Shown here one piece after another: positions 49,923-59,772 of a DNA stretch of 64,000 nt. The stretch is taken from the NCBI GenBank assembly GCA_048885865.1, contig JBHLLF010000001.1, positions 96,001-160,000 on the forward strand, read 5' to 3'. The position numbers were made by a program, and so were the translations under genes. Below the pieces are notes generated by a model that worked only from the letters and a program-made list of their open reading frames with translations, searched no databases and was not told the DNA's origin. Position 1 is the stretch's first letter, and every line of letters starts with the position of its first letter. This DNA is from Candidatus Hermodarchaeota archaeon. Its GTDB lineage: Archaea; Asgardarchaeota; Thorarchaeia; Thorarchaeales; Thorarchaeaceae.

Positions 49923-50864
49923 TCATTTCTCCTTGCGATAGATAAGGAATTTCTCGAAAGCTGTGAACTCGGGTTTCATTCTGACAATTGCTTCCGCTTC
50001 TACTCCATCTGTACTGAATCCGAAACTGGACATAATTGGAACATCAGTCCAACCAGCTTCTTTACAGTCCTTCGCAAGCTCAACCAGAAGTCGCTCCCAA
50101 GCATAGTCGTATCCCGGCTTCAAGGCTCTGAACCTAAGGATTAGTCGCTCACCGTCAGCTGGGATGTTGACGGTTTCGGGGCTGGTTCGTAGAGCGGCCG
50201 TTGCTCCAACAGCCTCATCGCCATCAAACAGGATTATTGGGGCTCTATTCGGGAAGACACGATCCTTGAAGTAGGATACAAACCCCTCTCTATCTGCGAA
50301 TGCTTCTCTGAGACGCTCATCAGCCAAGCACAAGTCAATCAGCTTATCGATATCGTCTTCAGTTGCTTTCCTTGCTTTCAGTTTTGCCGCCTTCCCCTCC
50401 ACTTCCTTCTTGGCTGTCTCCTTGACATCAAAATCGACGCTGTACTGGTAGTATGTTTCATGGTCCGTAAAGCCGAGTTCCCGGAAGAACTTATCCTGCT
50501 TGTCCTTAATCTTTGAACGAAGGACAATGCCCGTGGTGATTCTGTCGATATCCTCTTTGCTCTTGAGATATTCGAACTGCTCGGTGAAGAGCTTTTTCTG
50601 TACTTCCGGGGGACAATCTGGCATAGTCCAGCAATATCCAATATTCGCCCTACCAGGTTCATCATCAGAAACACTTGAAGTGACATAGGCAAGGGGCTTA
50701 CCATCTTCCGTCAATGCGTACCTAGTTGCATCTTCGCCGCGTTGGATGTTGCGGTCTCGAATCTGCCAACCCTGAGCTGGAAGACCTGAAGCCTCAGTAT
50801 AGATCTGGGCTTGAATATCCTCCAGTCCTTCATCGGCATTCCATTTCTTGTATACAACCTTCAT
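49923..50864 (-). CDS. Hypothetical protein, probable degenerate tandem GNAT fold (ATG 50864)
   Basis: KPLAYV, FFRELGF and ARKATEDDID GNAT-like segments. Confidence 0.6.
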   Translation of the reverse strand: MKVVYKKWNADEGLEDIQAQIYTEASGLPAQGWQIRDRNIQRGEDATRYALTEDGKPLAYVTSSVSDDEPGRANIGYCWTMPDCPPEVQKKLFTEQFEYLKSKEDIDRITTGIVLRSKIKDKQDKFFRELGFTDHETYYQYSVDFDVKETAKKEVEGKAAKLKARKATEDDIDKLIDLCLADERLREAFADREGFVSYFKDRVFPNRAPIILFDGDEAVGATAALRTSPETVNIPADGERLILRFRALKPGYDYAWERLLVELAKDCKEAGWTDVPIMSSFGFSTDGVEAEAIVRMKPEFTAFEKFLIYRKEK

Positions 50865-51056
50865 TCTACTTCTCCTCTCAACACTATCCGAATCGAATAC
50901 AGGGAAAATATACAGTGCGCATACAAATATTGTATATAATAAACCTTTGCTCTCACAACCATTTGTTCGACAAAATACGAATTCCCTAGAACTCAAGAAT
51001 CGGTAGGATTGATTAATTCTAACAAGTCAAAGGAAGAGTGAGATTCCAGCTGATTC

Positions 51057-51356
51057 CTATTTCTTCTTGCGCTTTCTTTTTGGCTTTATGAACTCCTCCA
51101 GCGAGCTCTGTTGAATTGGCCCAAGTTTCCATCTCTTGCCATCAGGATTCCTCTCGACAACCTTCTCTCGCTCCATATTATGCAGATGATAGAGGATTGT
51201 CGCTGTTGTCACCTCGACACTCTCAGCAATCTCCCCCACAGTTTTCCAGTTTTCACTAGCCAGAGTCTGCAGTATCTCAGTTCTACGAGCAAGTCCTCTG
51301 TCAATATTCCTAATCCAATGAAGGTATGCCCTACGGTCAAGAGTCAGATTGTTCAA
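51057..51356 (-). CDS. ArsR-like winged-helix protein with C-terminal PIP-like motif and basic tail
   Basis: RTEIL, TVGEIAE, ILYHLHNMEREKVV and QSSLEEFIKPKRKRKKK. Confidence 0.8.
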   Translation of the reverse strand: MNNLTLDRRAYLHWIRNIDRGLARRTEILQTLASENWKTVGEIAESVEVTTATILYHLHNMEREKVVERNPDGKRWKLGPIQQSSLEEFIKPKRKRKKK

Positions 51357-51400
51357 CCCATCAATGGTTGCACGCAGAACGAAATGTGTGTTTCTCTTGC

Positions 51401-51679
51401 CTATTTCCTTGAAAGACCCATTAAATCAAGAAAGGCTGCAGGTTCGCTCCCTTCGGTAATGGGTCTTATCCTGTATTTTGGATACGTGTGACTCAACTTC
51501 GCAGCAATTCTTGTGCCGTAGAGTTTCTTGAACAGCTGAGCTTTGGCTCCTCGCCAAAGATAGATTACTTTCTCATCGTGATCAATGAAAACTAGGACTT
51601 TATCAGTCTCAATTGTTGAGGCGCTTGCTTCAGTCTCAGTCATCTTGGCGTCTGAGTCTATTTCAAAGGCCTCTACCAT
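51401..51679 (-). CDS. Single-domain gelsolin-like protein (true start ATG 51679)
   Basis: KVLVFID..KVIYLWRG.KA...ITEGSEPAAFL matches the gelsolin-domain pattern. Confidence 0.8.
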   Translation of the reverse strand: MVEAFEIDSDAKMTETEASASTIETDKVLVFIDHDEKVIYLWRGAKAQLFKKLYGTRIAAKLSHTYPKYRIRPITEGSEPAAFLDLMGLSRK

Positions 51680-51794
51680 CAATATCCCTCGCATGAAGGT
51701 TACAAAGAAGGATGCATTCCCTCTTATGATACTTTTCCAAATGTATTGCACTCTTTGGTGATATTGATTAAGCACAAGCAACTTACAAAAAGGG

Positions 51795-52553
51795 TTGCAG
51801 CGAGTCTTGATTCCGTGGGTGGAAAGGTTGACAGAAGAAATCCCGTCCCGGGTCAAATTCATTGATAGAGCAAGAAGGCGAATCGAGATCAAGATGAATG
51901 AGGTTACCCTTCAATTTCCCTTGAACGCAGTCCCTGATCCATTGTATCTTGCCATGGCAACAGCCTTCGACGGAGATGAGCAGGTGGAGTGCAAGCTCCT
52001 GGCAGCCTACCACGACACAGTCATGAAGCCAACACTATGTTCTTCAGAACCCACCAGTATCTTCAAAGTCACCACCGCAACGAAGATTGTAAGACTCACT
52101 TTGACTGATGAAGAGATAGAAAATCAGATCGAGGAGATTGAGGGTGAGATTCTATCATTTCAGGGGCGACCATTTGAAGAGACTGTTGACGATAGAATTG
52201 AGTTGTACAAAAGAATCTATCTTGATGACAAAAAGATTGACAGGTTTCGATTCGGCGCAGCAGAAATGTATGGTGACACCACATACGGGAATATTCGACA
52301 GGATCCTAGAGTTGTGCTAAACTTTCAATGGCACAAGCCAGAGGAGAATGTCTACAGAGGATATCAGGTGAACTGCATCGCTGAGATTGTTCTACCTGGG
52401 GATCCCTTCTATCGATTCATGAGGAGCATGAGGTCTCTGTTCGTGCGGCGTTTCATCGACCTGCGAGCTTCAGAGTATCCTGCCGCTTACAAGTTATATG
52501 TGTGCGAAGCACATGACAAAAGCTTGTCTACAAGACCTGGATTCGTCCCCTAG
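51795..52553 (+). CDS. Hypothetical protein, pyridoxamine-phosphate-oxidase-like split barrel
   Basis: TYGNIRQDPRVVLNF...YQVNCIAEI. Confidence 0.6.
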   Translation: MQRVLIPWVERLTEEIPSRVKFIDRARRRIEIKMNEVTLQFPLNAVPDPLYLAMATAFDGDEQVECKLLAAYHDTVMKPTLCSSEPTSIFKVTTATKIVRLTLTDEEIENQIEEIEGEILSFQGRPFEETVDDRIELYKRIYLDDKKIDRFRFGAAEMYGDTTYGNIRQDPRVVLNFQWHKPEENVYRGYQVNCIAEIVLPGDPFYRFMRSMRSLFVRRFIDLRASEYPAAYKLYVCEAHDKSLSTRPGFVP

Positions 52554-52557
52554 ACTA

Positions 52558-55101
52558 CTAGTAGTTGGTCAGTCGTAATAATCTCTCTGGGAGTTCTTCA
52601 ACGGCACCTATGTCTAGCACCACGCCGTGTGACTTCTTTGCTAGCTTATCTGCCGCATTCAGGTCATAGGAACTCTTTGGAACAAGAATGATCATCTTGA
52701 TGTCCTGGTGCTTGAATTTCTCAGCTAGTCTTTCACATTCAGCTTGGTCGCTTAAGTAGGCGTCAGTGGCAAAAATGAAGATCTTCTCCTTGGCCCGAGT
52801 TTCCTCAAAATTGTTGAGAGCCCACTGCAGAGAAGTCCTTCCTCCGGTGCCCCCACTTGCTCGTACATCCAATAGGTCGGCTGCAACCTTTTCTACTGGT
52901 ACCTGACGCTGGTCAATTCTCTTCACAACATGCATCACACTGTCAAACAGACAAACGCCAAAATCGTCCTTTTGCACGCCATATAGCCCAGCCATCACGC
53001 TGATCGCGAGCATGCCAAGCTTCTCAGGTGAATGCATAGAGCCGCTCTTGTCGAGGGCCCAGACGAAGGAACGGTTTCCTTGATAGGTTTCGCAAATCAA
53101 AAAGTCCTCCACGTCAAGGACCTTGAAATTGGTGCGACCCTGTGATAAGAGTGAATCAATTGTTTCTTCCAAGTCAATGAGGTCGATGTCGTCGCCAATA
53201 CGGAATGGTCTAACAGTGGTTGACTGCTGTATTCCGCCAAGCATTGATGATCCCATCGTGGCTCTAGCGTATCTCTTTCCAAGGTCTATAAGGAGCCTCT
53301 TCGCAATTTCCTTGAGCCTCTGCTTGATATGCTCTGGTAGAGAATCACGATAGGCATACCAAATCCTAACTATGTTTGTAGCTGGCCCGCCGAGCAACCC
53401 TCCGAAGACCATGTTTGCCCTTTCATCATCAATAGGTCCAGCCTCCCCGGGACGTCCAGCGTAGCTTACAGCGCGTCCGTATTGTTGCCTCGTACCCATT
53501 CCCATCGCAGCTCCAAAATTCTCATGAGCAATCGCCCCTAGTGCGGACTGATTTCCGGTCTGAGCCGATAGGTCTGCAAGCTCACGGAGCTGATGGTCAC
53601 TCAGTCCAGCTGACGAGATGAGATTGTGCAGTCGCTCAAAGTCTTGCACACCCTGCTCAATGAGCTTCCTTATGACACGATAGGATGGATTGAGCAGCTC
53701 GAGAATCTCCTCTTCCGTCATGCCCAGTTTTTCGCCAGCCTCCCTTACTGCCTTCTCTGAAGGCACAATACCTTGGCGAGAGAGTTCCCTCACAGTTTTT
53801 CTAAGGTGTGTCTTTGTTGGGGAGCGTTTGACAGCAGCGTCAGCTAGTTCCTGTTTTGCCTTCTGCCAAGATTCCTTTGGTTGATGCCCACCCACTTTGT
53901 CGTCAAGTCGGGACATGTCATTGATCTTCTGTCTGAGATAATCTGATGGCGACGACCTAGAATCAGCGTGCTCGACGGTTTCTTTTGTCTTCTTATCCAA
54001 AAGACTCTTCCATGACTCAGTGTTCCTGGCGTTTTCAGCCAGCTGCCGAAGGTCAACATTGGTCGAAGCTCCCTTGTCATATTGCTGGTCATATTGCTCG
54101 AGAATATCATCCATTAGATCAGTGCTGTCAGGTGTGTGGCTCTTAACAGTTTCAGCAAACTCAGCAGCATCTGCGAGTTGGTAGAGTTGCGGTGCGCTTT
54201 TCAGATGTTCAGCGATGTTGTCTGGAAGCCTCTCAAGATGCCTGACATAAGCTGCAACTTCGCTAAGATTGTCTAGCGATTCTTGCAGTGCCTTGTCCAT
54301 CGCCTTTCTCTGGGCCTTTGTTCCAGCTTCCATGTCCTCCATATGCCTTAGGGCACGAGCAGCAGTTGTTGGGTCTCTGTCAGCAAGTTCCTTGAACTCC
54401 TCGTCAATTCCTTTGTCTCCACGATAGGCTCTTGCAGCAATACTTTCTGCGGCGTTGGAAGACTCTGCCACATTGTCAAGGACTTCCAGAACCTTGGCAT
54501 CCATAATGTTCTGTGAGGACAAACTGCCCATATCCTCAAGGAGCTCAGCTGACGCTTCTCTGCGAAGATCTTCGTCGCTTGTGAGTCCACGAAGTACAAC
54601 ATCACCCTCATTCAGGTAGTGCATTGATGCATCGTAGAGCGCGGTGTCTTTGCGCTTCCTAAGATCCTGAAGGTACTCAAAACCTGCCTCGACTTTGTCC
54701 TTGTCGATCTTCTTGGCCAAGTCTTGCTCTCTCTTGATCTGTTCCATGACTGCAGCCAAAGCGTCTTTTCTCACCATGGAGACTGTCTTTGCTGTTGGTT
54801 GCTTGGTCTGAGGAGTTGAGTCTCTTTTCTCTCGACCTAGGATAATGTCTTCTGCAACTATTCGCGCGATGGCTTGATCTGAAGGATAGGTAGTGCGGAC
54901 AGCAGCGTCGATGAAATCATCCAGAGTAAGCGCTCCATTTCGAAAGTACCTCGCGGAGAGTATCTGTGGTATCGCTTGAGTTTGCCTCACACTAGGTCTA
55001 ATCTTGACATCAGACCTTGCTCTCATTCTCTTAACAAACTCGTGTGCAAAATGTATTGTATTGCTGGGAATCGGTGATATCCTGGGTTGAGTTTGAGCCA
55101 T
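52558..55101 (-). CDS. Large VWA-domain protein (CoxE-like) with N-terminal AAA-lid-like domain
   Basis: MIDAS DKSGS...GGT...TD. IDLEETI pre-VWA motif. N-terminal PSVR helix bundle. Confidence 0.88.
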   Translation of the reverse strand: MAQTQPRISPIPSNTIHFAHEFVKRMRARSDVKIRPSVRQTQAIPQILSARYFRNGALTLDDFIDAAVRTTYPSDQAIARIVAEDIILGREKRDSTPQTKQPTAKTVSMVRKDALAAVMEQIKREQDLAKKIDKDKVEAGFEYLQDLRKRKDTALYDASMHYLNEGDVVLRGLTSDEDLRREASAELLEDMGSLSSQNIMDAKVLEVLDNVAESSNAAESIAARAYRGDKGIDEEFKELADRDPTTAARALRHMEDMEAGTKAQRKAMDKALQESLDNLSEVAAYVRHLERLPDNIAEHLKSAPQLYQLADAAEFAETVKSHTPDSTDLMDDILEQYDQQYDKGASTNVDLRQLAENARNTESWKSLLDKKTKETVEHADSRSSPSDYLRQKINDMSRLDDKVGGHQPKESWQKAKQELADAAVKRSPTKTHLRKTVRELSRQGIVPSEKAVREAGEKLGMTEEEILELLNPSYRVIRKLIEQGVQDFERLHNLISSAGLSDHQLRELADLSAQTGNQSALGAIAHENFGAAMGMGTRQQYGRAVSYAGRPGEAGPIDDERANMVFGGLLGGPATNIVRIWYAYRDSLPEHIKQRLKEIAKRLLIDLGKRYARATMGSSMLGGIQQSTTVRPFRIGDDIDLIDLEETIDSLLSQGRTNFKVLDVEDFLICETYQGNRSFVWALDKSGSMHSPEKLGMLAISVMAGLYGVQKDDFGVCLFDSVMHVVKRIDQRQVPVEKVAADLLDVRASGGTGGRTSLQWALNNFEETRAKEKIFIFATDAYLSDQAECERLAEKFKHQDIKMIILVPKSSYDLNAADKLAKKSHGVVLDIGAVEELPERLLRLTNY

Positions 55102-55104
55102 CGC

Positions 55105-56049
55105 CTACGAACTCCCGGGGGCGCTTGGGATACTAGAACCGCCTGAGCCGAGAACCCGTCTCACTAATGAGTTGACCGCAGGTTCGGGGTCAATGCCCGG
55201 TCTAAACCTTAGAGCTCCAGCCAGGACATATGTGGCTGCCTTTGAGAGGATTCCATGTGTAACGTTCTTCCTTCCCTCTCGCTTCGCCATTTGTGCAGAG
55301 AGCCTGGCAATTGAGATGCCTGCGCGAATTGACGCTGGTATTTCAATATCGGTGCTCACTCTTGTGGCTGAAACCAGTCCATAAATGCTCTCTAGAGTCT
55401 TGTCCGAAAGAGTATACTCCGGACAGTTCAGCTTCACTATTTCAATCTCCGTGGATTTCCTAGGGTAGCCGAGTCGAATCCACACTCTGATACGGTCTCT
55501 TAATGCCTCGCTCAGTCGATGCGCTCCTGCCATCTCTTCAGGATTAAGGGTCAAGACAGGAAAGAAGTCATCTGCGGCTTTGATTCGGCCCAATCTAGGG
55601 ACAACAGCACTCCACTCTTCAAATGGCTCCAACAAGCTATTCTGGACATACTCTGCTAGGCGGTTTGCTTCATTAAGGCCAAATACGCCTCCAAATATCA
55701 TAGATTTCAGAAGAGGGCCCGGGTCAAACGACTCAAGAGTAAAACCTTTGCTCAATACTAGGCTTGGATTGAATGATCCTATCAAGTGCGCTGGTCGAAC
55801 TCCCTCATCTCCAGTCAGCCACTCAAAGTCACGATTGCTCTTCTCTGCATATGCCCTCAAAAGCAAAGTTTTCCCAACACCAGGTGGTCCTATAAGGCCT
55901 GGAATTAGACCCGAATTTTCACAGTCCTCAAGAATTTCGAAGGCCTCTTTGTACTGCTCCTTGATGACAATCCTGACCTTCTCTTTCTTTGCGGCTTTGA
56001 GCCGCTCATCAAACCTCTCCGAGAATTCCTTAGTTGTCTTCTGCATCAT
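55105..56049 (-). CDS. MoxR family AAA+ ATPase
   Basis: GPPGVGKT, PGPL, NEANR (Walker B variant), NP, LSEALRDR and SIR sensor 2. Confidence 0.9.
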   Translation of the reverse strand: MMQKTTKEFSERFDERLKAAKKEKVRIVIKEQYKEAFEILEDCENSGLIPGLIGPPGVGKTLLLRAYAEKSNRDFEWLTGDEGVRPAHLIGSFNPSLVLSKGFTLESFDPGPLLKSMIFGGVFGLNEANRLAEYVQNSLLEPFEEWSAVVPRLGRIKAADDFFPVLTLNPEEMAGAHRLSEALRDRIRVWIRLGYPRKSTEIEIVKLNCPEYTLSDKTLESIYGLVSATRVSTDIEIPASIRAGISIARLSAQMAKREGRKNVTHGILSKAATYVLAGALRFRPGIDPEPAVNSLVRRVLGSGGSSIPSAPGSS

Positions 56050-56180
56050 TCTATGCCCCCATAGACCAAAATGTTGTGACTTGAGACCATATTAAAGCAT
56101 GTCCTTTTTGCGTTAGGCGAAGCAGGCGTGCGTGAGTTGATTCCTTCTCTAGTTACAAAAAGCTTGAGGTTTCTGATATG

Positions 56181-57170
56181 TTAGCTCCCCAGCAGTTGTG
56201 AGCCATATTTGAAGAGGGCTGGCGAGCCTCCAGTATGCCAGAAAATCGTGGGCTCGTCCGGAGCTATCTCCCCACCCATGGCCATTCTAAGCAGCGCAAC
56301 CCCGGCTTTAGCTGTATAGACTGGATCCAGGATGATGCCTTGAGATTTCGCAAACATCTGGATGGCACTTCGAACTGAGTCCTCCATCTCTCCGTAGCCT
56401 TTTCCAGTGAAACGATCATCCACCTTGATGTCAGGCTTGAACTTGTCTGTTAGTGCAGGGTAAGCGTCAAACATCCTGTCAATCATTTCACCGACCTTTT
56501 CTTTGGTGGTCTTTGCATCGCGTAGCACACTGATTCCTATGACGTCGGCATCGAACTCCGCCAGTTTCGCACCTATTATCATTCCCGCCAGAGTTCCTCC
56601 GGTACCAACAGGGTGGAGTATCTTCTTTGGCTCTATGCCAATCTCGTCACATTGTTCCCTCAATTCCATCATTGCCTGAACATATGCTATGCAGCCCACA
56701 GGCATGAATGCGCCAGCTGGTATGCCATAGGGCCTTAGACCCAAATCTCTGAGCGTCTCAATGATCGAGTCCATTCTTTGGGAAACCTGGTCGAAGTCAT
56801 CTTCTGGGAAGAACTGAATCTCTGCTCCAAACAGCCTGTCTAGAAGCACATTACCAGTGTAATCTTCTGGTTCAGATCCTGCTAGTAGCAAAATGCACCT
56901 CAGTCCATTTTGAGCTGCTGCAGCGGCAGTCTGTCGGCAGTGGTTGCTTTGAACAGCTCCAACTGTGACAAGAGTATCCGCCTCTTGCTGAAGGGCATCT
57001 CCTATCACGTACTCGAGTTTGCGTGTCTTGTTGCCGCCAAATGAAATGCCAGTGAGGTCATCTCTCTTGATCCAGAGTGATTTCATGTCCAAGGAATATG
57101 CAAGGTTCTTCATTTCCTGAAGGGGCGTTGGAAGATTAGCTAGTTTCACTCTTGGAAGGATATCAAGCAT
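56181..57170 (-). CDS. D-cysteine desulfhydrase / ACC deaminase family PLP enzyme
   Basis: PTPL, KRDD...GGNKTRKLE, QSNH, GTGGT, LDPVYTAK and HTGG motifs. Confidence 0.92.
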   Translation of the reverse strand: MLDILPRVKLANLPTPLQEMKNLAYSLDMKSLWIKRDDLTGISFGGNKTRKLEYVIGDALQQEADTLVTVGAVQSNHCRQTAAAAAQNGLRCILLLAGSEPEDYTGNVLLDRLFGAEIQFFPEDDFDQVSQRMDSIIETLRDLGLRPYGIPAGAFMPVGCIAYVQAMMELREQCDEIGIEPKKILHPVGTGGTLAGMIIGAKLAEFDADVIGISVLRDAKTTKEKVGEMIDRMFDAYPALTDKFKPDIKVDDRFTGKGYGEMEDSVRSAIQMFAKSQGIILDPVYTAKAGVALLRMAMGGEIAPDEPTIFWHTGGSPALFKYGSQLLGS

Positions 57171-57172
57171 GG

Positions 57173-57820
57173 CTAATGCCCCGCTCCTGTGAAGGCTGCG
57201 ATGATGTACAAGAGAATTGCAGTAGCGATTCCTGCGAGAAGTGTCTTTGCTCCATAGATCCAGATGTTCTTCCTGGATATTGTTCCCAAGAATAAGCCGA
57301 GAGCAAAGAGAAGTCCCATGCAGATGATAATCGCAATATAAAACGCCAGAGAAACACTGAGTAATCCTGATGGCACCAATAGCAATGGAGTGATGATAAT
57401 GAATGCGGCAACCGAAGGGGCGAGTCCATCAACTAATGCGACAACTGCAGATGTTGTGCGTGTTGCCTTGGCGTACATTGTGTTGCTCATGTCCGAGAGC
57501 ATTGCCTTGCCTATTTCCTCAACCTCGCGGTCTCTCTCTGCACTTTCCGCAAGATAAGATCCACTGAATCCTGAGACCGCCATCGCGACACTAGTACCAA
57601 CCGCTGCGAGGAGAAGAGCGTCGAACACCACCTCTGGATTGGTGGTCTGCATAGTGATGAGACCGCCAAAAATCAGTCCAAGCATGGTGAGCGCGCCGTC
57701 AAACGCGTTCATCGCAAGGTAACGGCGGGCTATTTCAACACCTTGTGTGAGTTCCAGTGCCCTCATAGTCCTCTCAATTAGTCCAGGGCCCTTTTGCAGG
57801 TCATCTTCTGGTTCTGTCAC
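57173..57820 (-). CDS. VIT1/CCC1 family membrane transporter
   Basis: RRYLAMNAFDG and SYLAESAER motifs, 5 TM. Confidence 0.8.
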   Translation of the reverse strand: MTEPEDDLQKGPGLIERTMRALELTQGVEIARRYLAMNAFDGALTMLGLIFGGLITMQTTNPEVVFDALLLAAVGTSVAMAVSGFSGSYLAESAERDREVEEIGKAMLSDMSNTMYAKATRTTSAVVALVDGLAPSVAAFIIITPLLLVPSGLLSVSLAFYIAIIICMGLLFALGLFLGTISRKNIWIYGAKTLLAGIATAILLYIIAAFTGAGH

Positions 57821-57939
57821 AGATACTTAGCTCCGTGAATCATGTCCAGCCTAGCAGGTTTCCCTACATGATATAAGCTATCCGGAATCACAGATTTCTC
57901 TTGATGCATGATTGCTGACGATATGGCTCTATGATTCTA

Positions 57940-58122
57940 CTAGTATAGCCAGAGCACCTCTGCGAATAGAATCAGGAAAATAAGTATCGCAATCAGGATG
58001 ATTGCACATATCACCTGAACTGAACATGTGCAGCATCTTTCACAGCAGCCCTCTTGCTGCCGTGGTTCTCGAGGACTTGGTGTGTAGTCATCTGGCATCG
58101 GGATCTCTGTCATAGGAACCAC
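57940..58122 (-). CDS. Small Cys-rich tail-anchored membrane peptide
   Basis: Pro-rich N-terminus, GCCERCCTC, then one TM. Confidence 0.55.
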   Translation of the reverse strand: MVPMTEIPMPDDYTPSPREPRQQEGCCERCCTCSVQVICAIILIAILIFLILFAEVLWLY

Positions 58123-58269
58123 ACTAGCTTCAAAGTGCTTCTTTCAAAGCCTGCTATCTGTGATGACTATCCTTCTTATGAGGATTACGTGGTTGTCTAC
58201 ACACACAGCCGCAAAGGTTGAAAAGCGAAGAAGGTGAATTTATGGCGAAGCGCGTGGAGGCTAGGAGAA

Positions 58270-59772
58270 TTGTCGGAGAACGAAAAACCAACCACCATTT
58301 TCGATAGACCATTTGGCCTGCGGATTATCGGGCTGACTCAGATGGCTTTTGGAGTATTTGGCCTGCTTGCAGCAGTAGGTATCCTAGTTGCCTCCTTTGG
58401 AGCAACTCCAGCATTTGCTTCAGAGGGACCCTTGTATGCTCTGGTCATTTTCGTTGGAGTTGCCCTACCTTGCTTGATTATAGGAAATTATGTTGACGAT
58501 CTCAGAAGAAACGCAGTGATTGCTCAAGCACTCTATAGCATCATCGCAGTTGGCTTGACAACCTACTTTTTGCTGAATTGGGGAGTCGCATACAGTTGGA
58601 CTGTGCCTTGGTTTGAACTCAGTTTCAACATACAGATAGGGAATATTGCAGTCTTTGTCTTGGCGACTCAGGCGGCCTTTCTGTTTTACATGCTTATCTA
58701 TTGGAACCGAATTGCACCTCCACCGGGGACTTTTGTCGTTAGAGACCGTAGACGAGCGCGCCTCATTGAAGAAGGATTGATGGCTGTTCCACTCACACCT
58801 TCACTACTAAGCTCAGATGGGTCTGTATTGTCTCAGGATGAGGCTCGAAAAATCCTTGACGTTCGAAAAGTCACTACCACTGAGGGGATGGCGATTCTTT
58901 GCTCAAATTGTGATGGAGCAACACCTCTGACCAAGATGGTGGATGATAACACAGTAGATTGTGATTACTGTGGAGTCACTCTTGCTGTAAGTAGTGTCTT
59001 CGTTCCATGTGAAGAACATCCAGAGTATCTCGCGGCTACAAACTGTGCCGTTTGTGGGGAGCATTTCTGCCGAAGGTGTCTAACTGCACAGGATCCTCCC
59101 ATTGATAGGCGTTGGAAAGGCTCCACTGTCTATCTCTGCAGAAATTGCTTTGAGGGCAGATATCGTCCAGCTGTCACAACCACTTCACTTGTCTTGCCAA
59201 TTGAAGACTTATTTGGTCAGGCTGGGGGACGATTCTCAAAAGTAGGTGGAATGTATCGACGGTTTCTGGGAGCTTATGGAAGCGCAATGGCAAAGGTATT
59301 CAGAGCCTCAGTCCATATCTTCTCTTCAATGGACTGGTCCAGCGGCGCGAGCTCCAGCGGCAGTAGCTGCGGCGGCGGCGGAGGAGGGGGTGGTGGAGGA
59401 GGCGGCGATGAATGCTGTGGAGCAATTCTAGTGATCATCATTATTATCATAGCAATTCCTATCCTAGTTGGCCTAGTGATGCTTCTTGGAGCGATAGTCA
59501 TTGTTCCAGTTCTCTTCTATGCGGGACTCATTGGAGTGACAATAGAAGCAATCAGAATCATCAGAAAGACGGATTTTATGTCATTAGAGCAAGCACGGGA
59601 GAAGGGCTTGCTTGAGGGTCGCAAGGTCGAAGTCGAGAAGACTCCTCTTCGTAATGAAAGCCGGCCTTGGATGGATGACCGCAGAGTCAGAGATACTGAG
59701 AGGCAGTATCAAAGAGATAGAGCTCGGGAGAGGAAAGAGGTCCCTGCCGACTCGTTCTGGAGGAGATACTGA
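58270..59772 (+). CDS. Membrane protein with zinc ribbon, B-box zinc finger and poly-Gly linker
   Basis: 4 N-terminal TMs, CSNC..CDYC, CEEHP...CAVCGEHFCRRC...CRNC, G11 tract, further TMs. TTG 58270 after GGAG. Confidence 0.8.
   Translation: MSENEKPTTIFDRPFGLRIIGLTQMAFGVFGLLAAVGILVASFGATPAFASEGPLYALVIFVGVALPCLIIGNYVDDLRRNAVIAQALYSIIAVGLTTYFLLNWGVAYSWTVPWFELSFNIQIGNIAVFVLATQAAFLFYMLIYWNRIAPPPGTFVVRDRRRARLIEEGLMAVPLTPSLLSSDGSVLSQDEARKILDVRKVTTTEGMAILCSNCDGATPLTKMVDDNTVDCDYCGVTLAVSSVFVPCEEHPEYLAATNCAVCGEHFCRRCLTAQDPPIDRRWKGSTVYLCRNCFEGRYRPAVTTTSLVLPIEDLFGQAGGRFSKVGGMYRRFLGAYGSAMAKVFRASVHIFSSMDWSSGASSSGSSCGGGGGGGGGGGGDECCGAILVIIIIIIAIPILVGLVMLLGAIVIVPVLFYAGLIGVTIEAIRIIRKTDFMSLEQAREKGLLEGRKVEVEKTPLRNESRPWMDDRRVRDTERQYQRDRARERKEVPADSFWRRY

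Noticed and set aside
59341-59407. GGC/GGA microsatellite
   Set aside because: Explained by the encoded poly-Gly linker with mixed codons.
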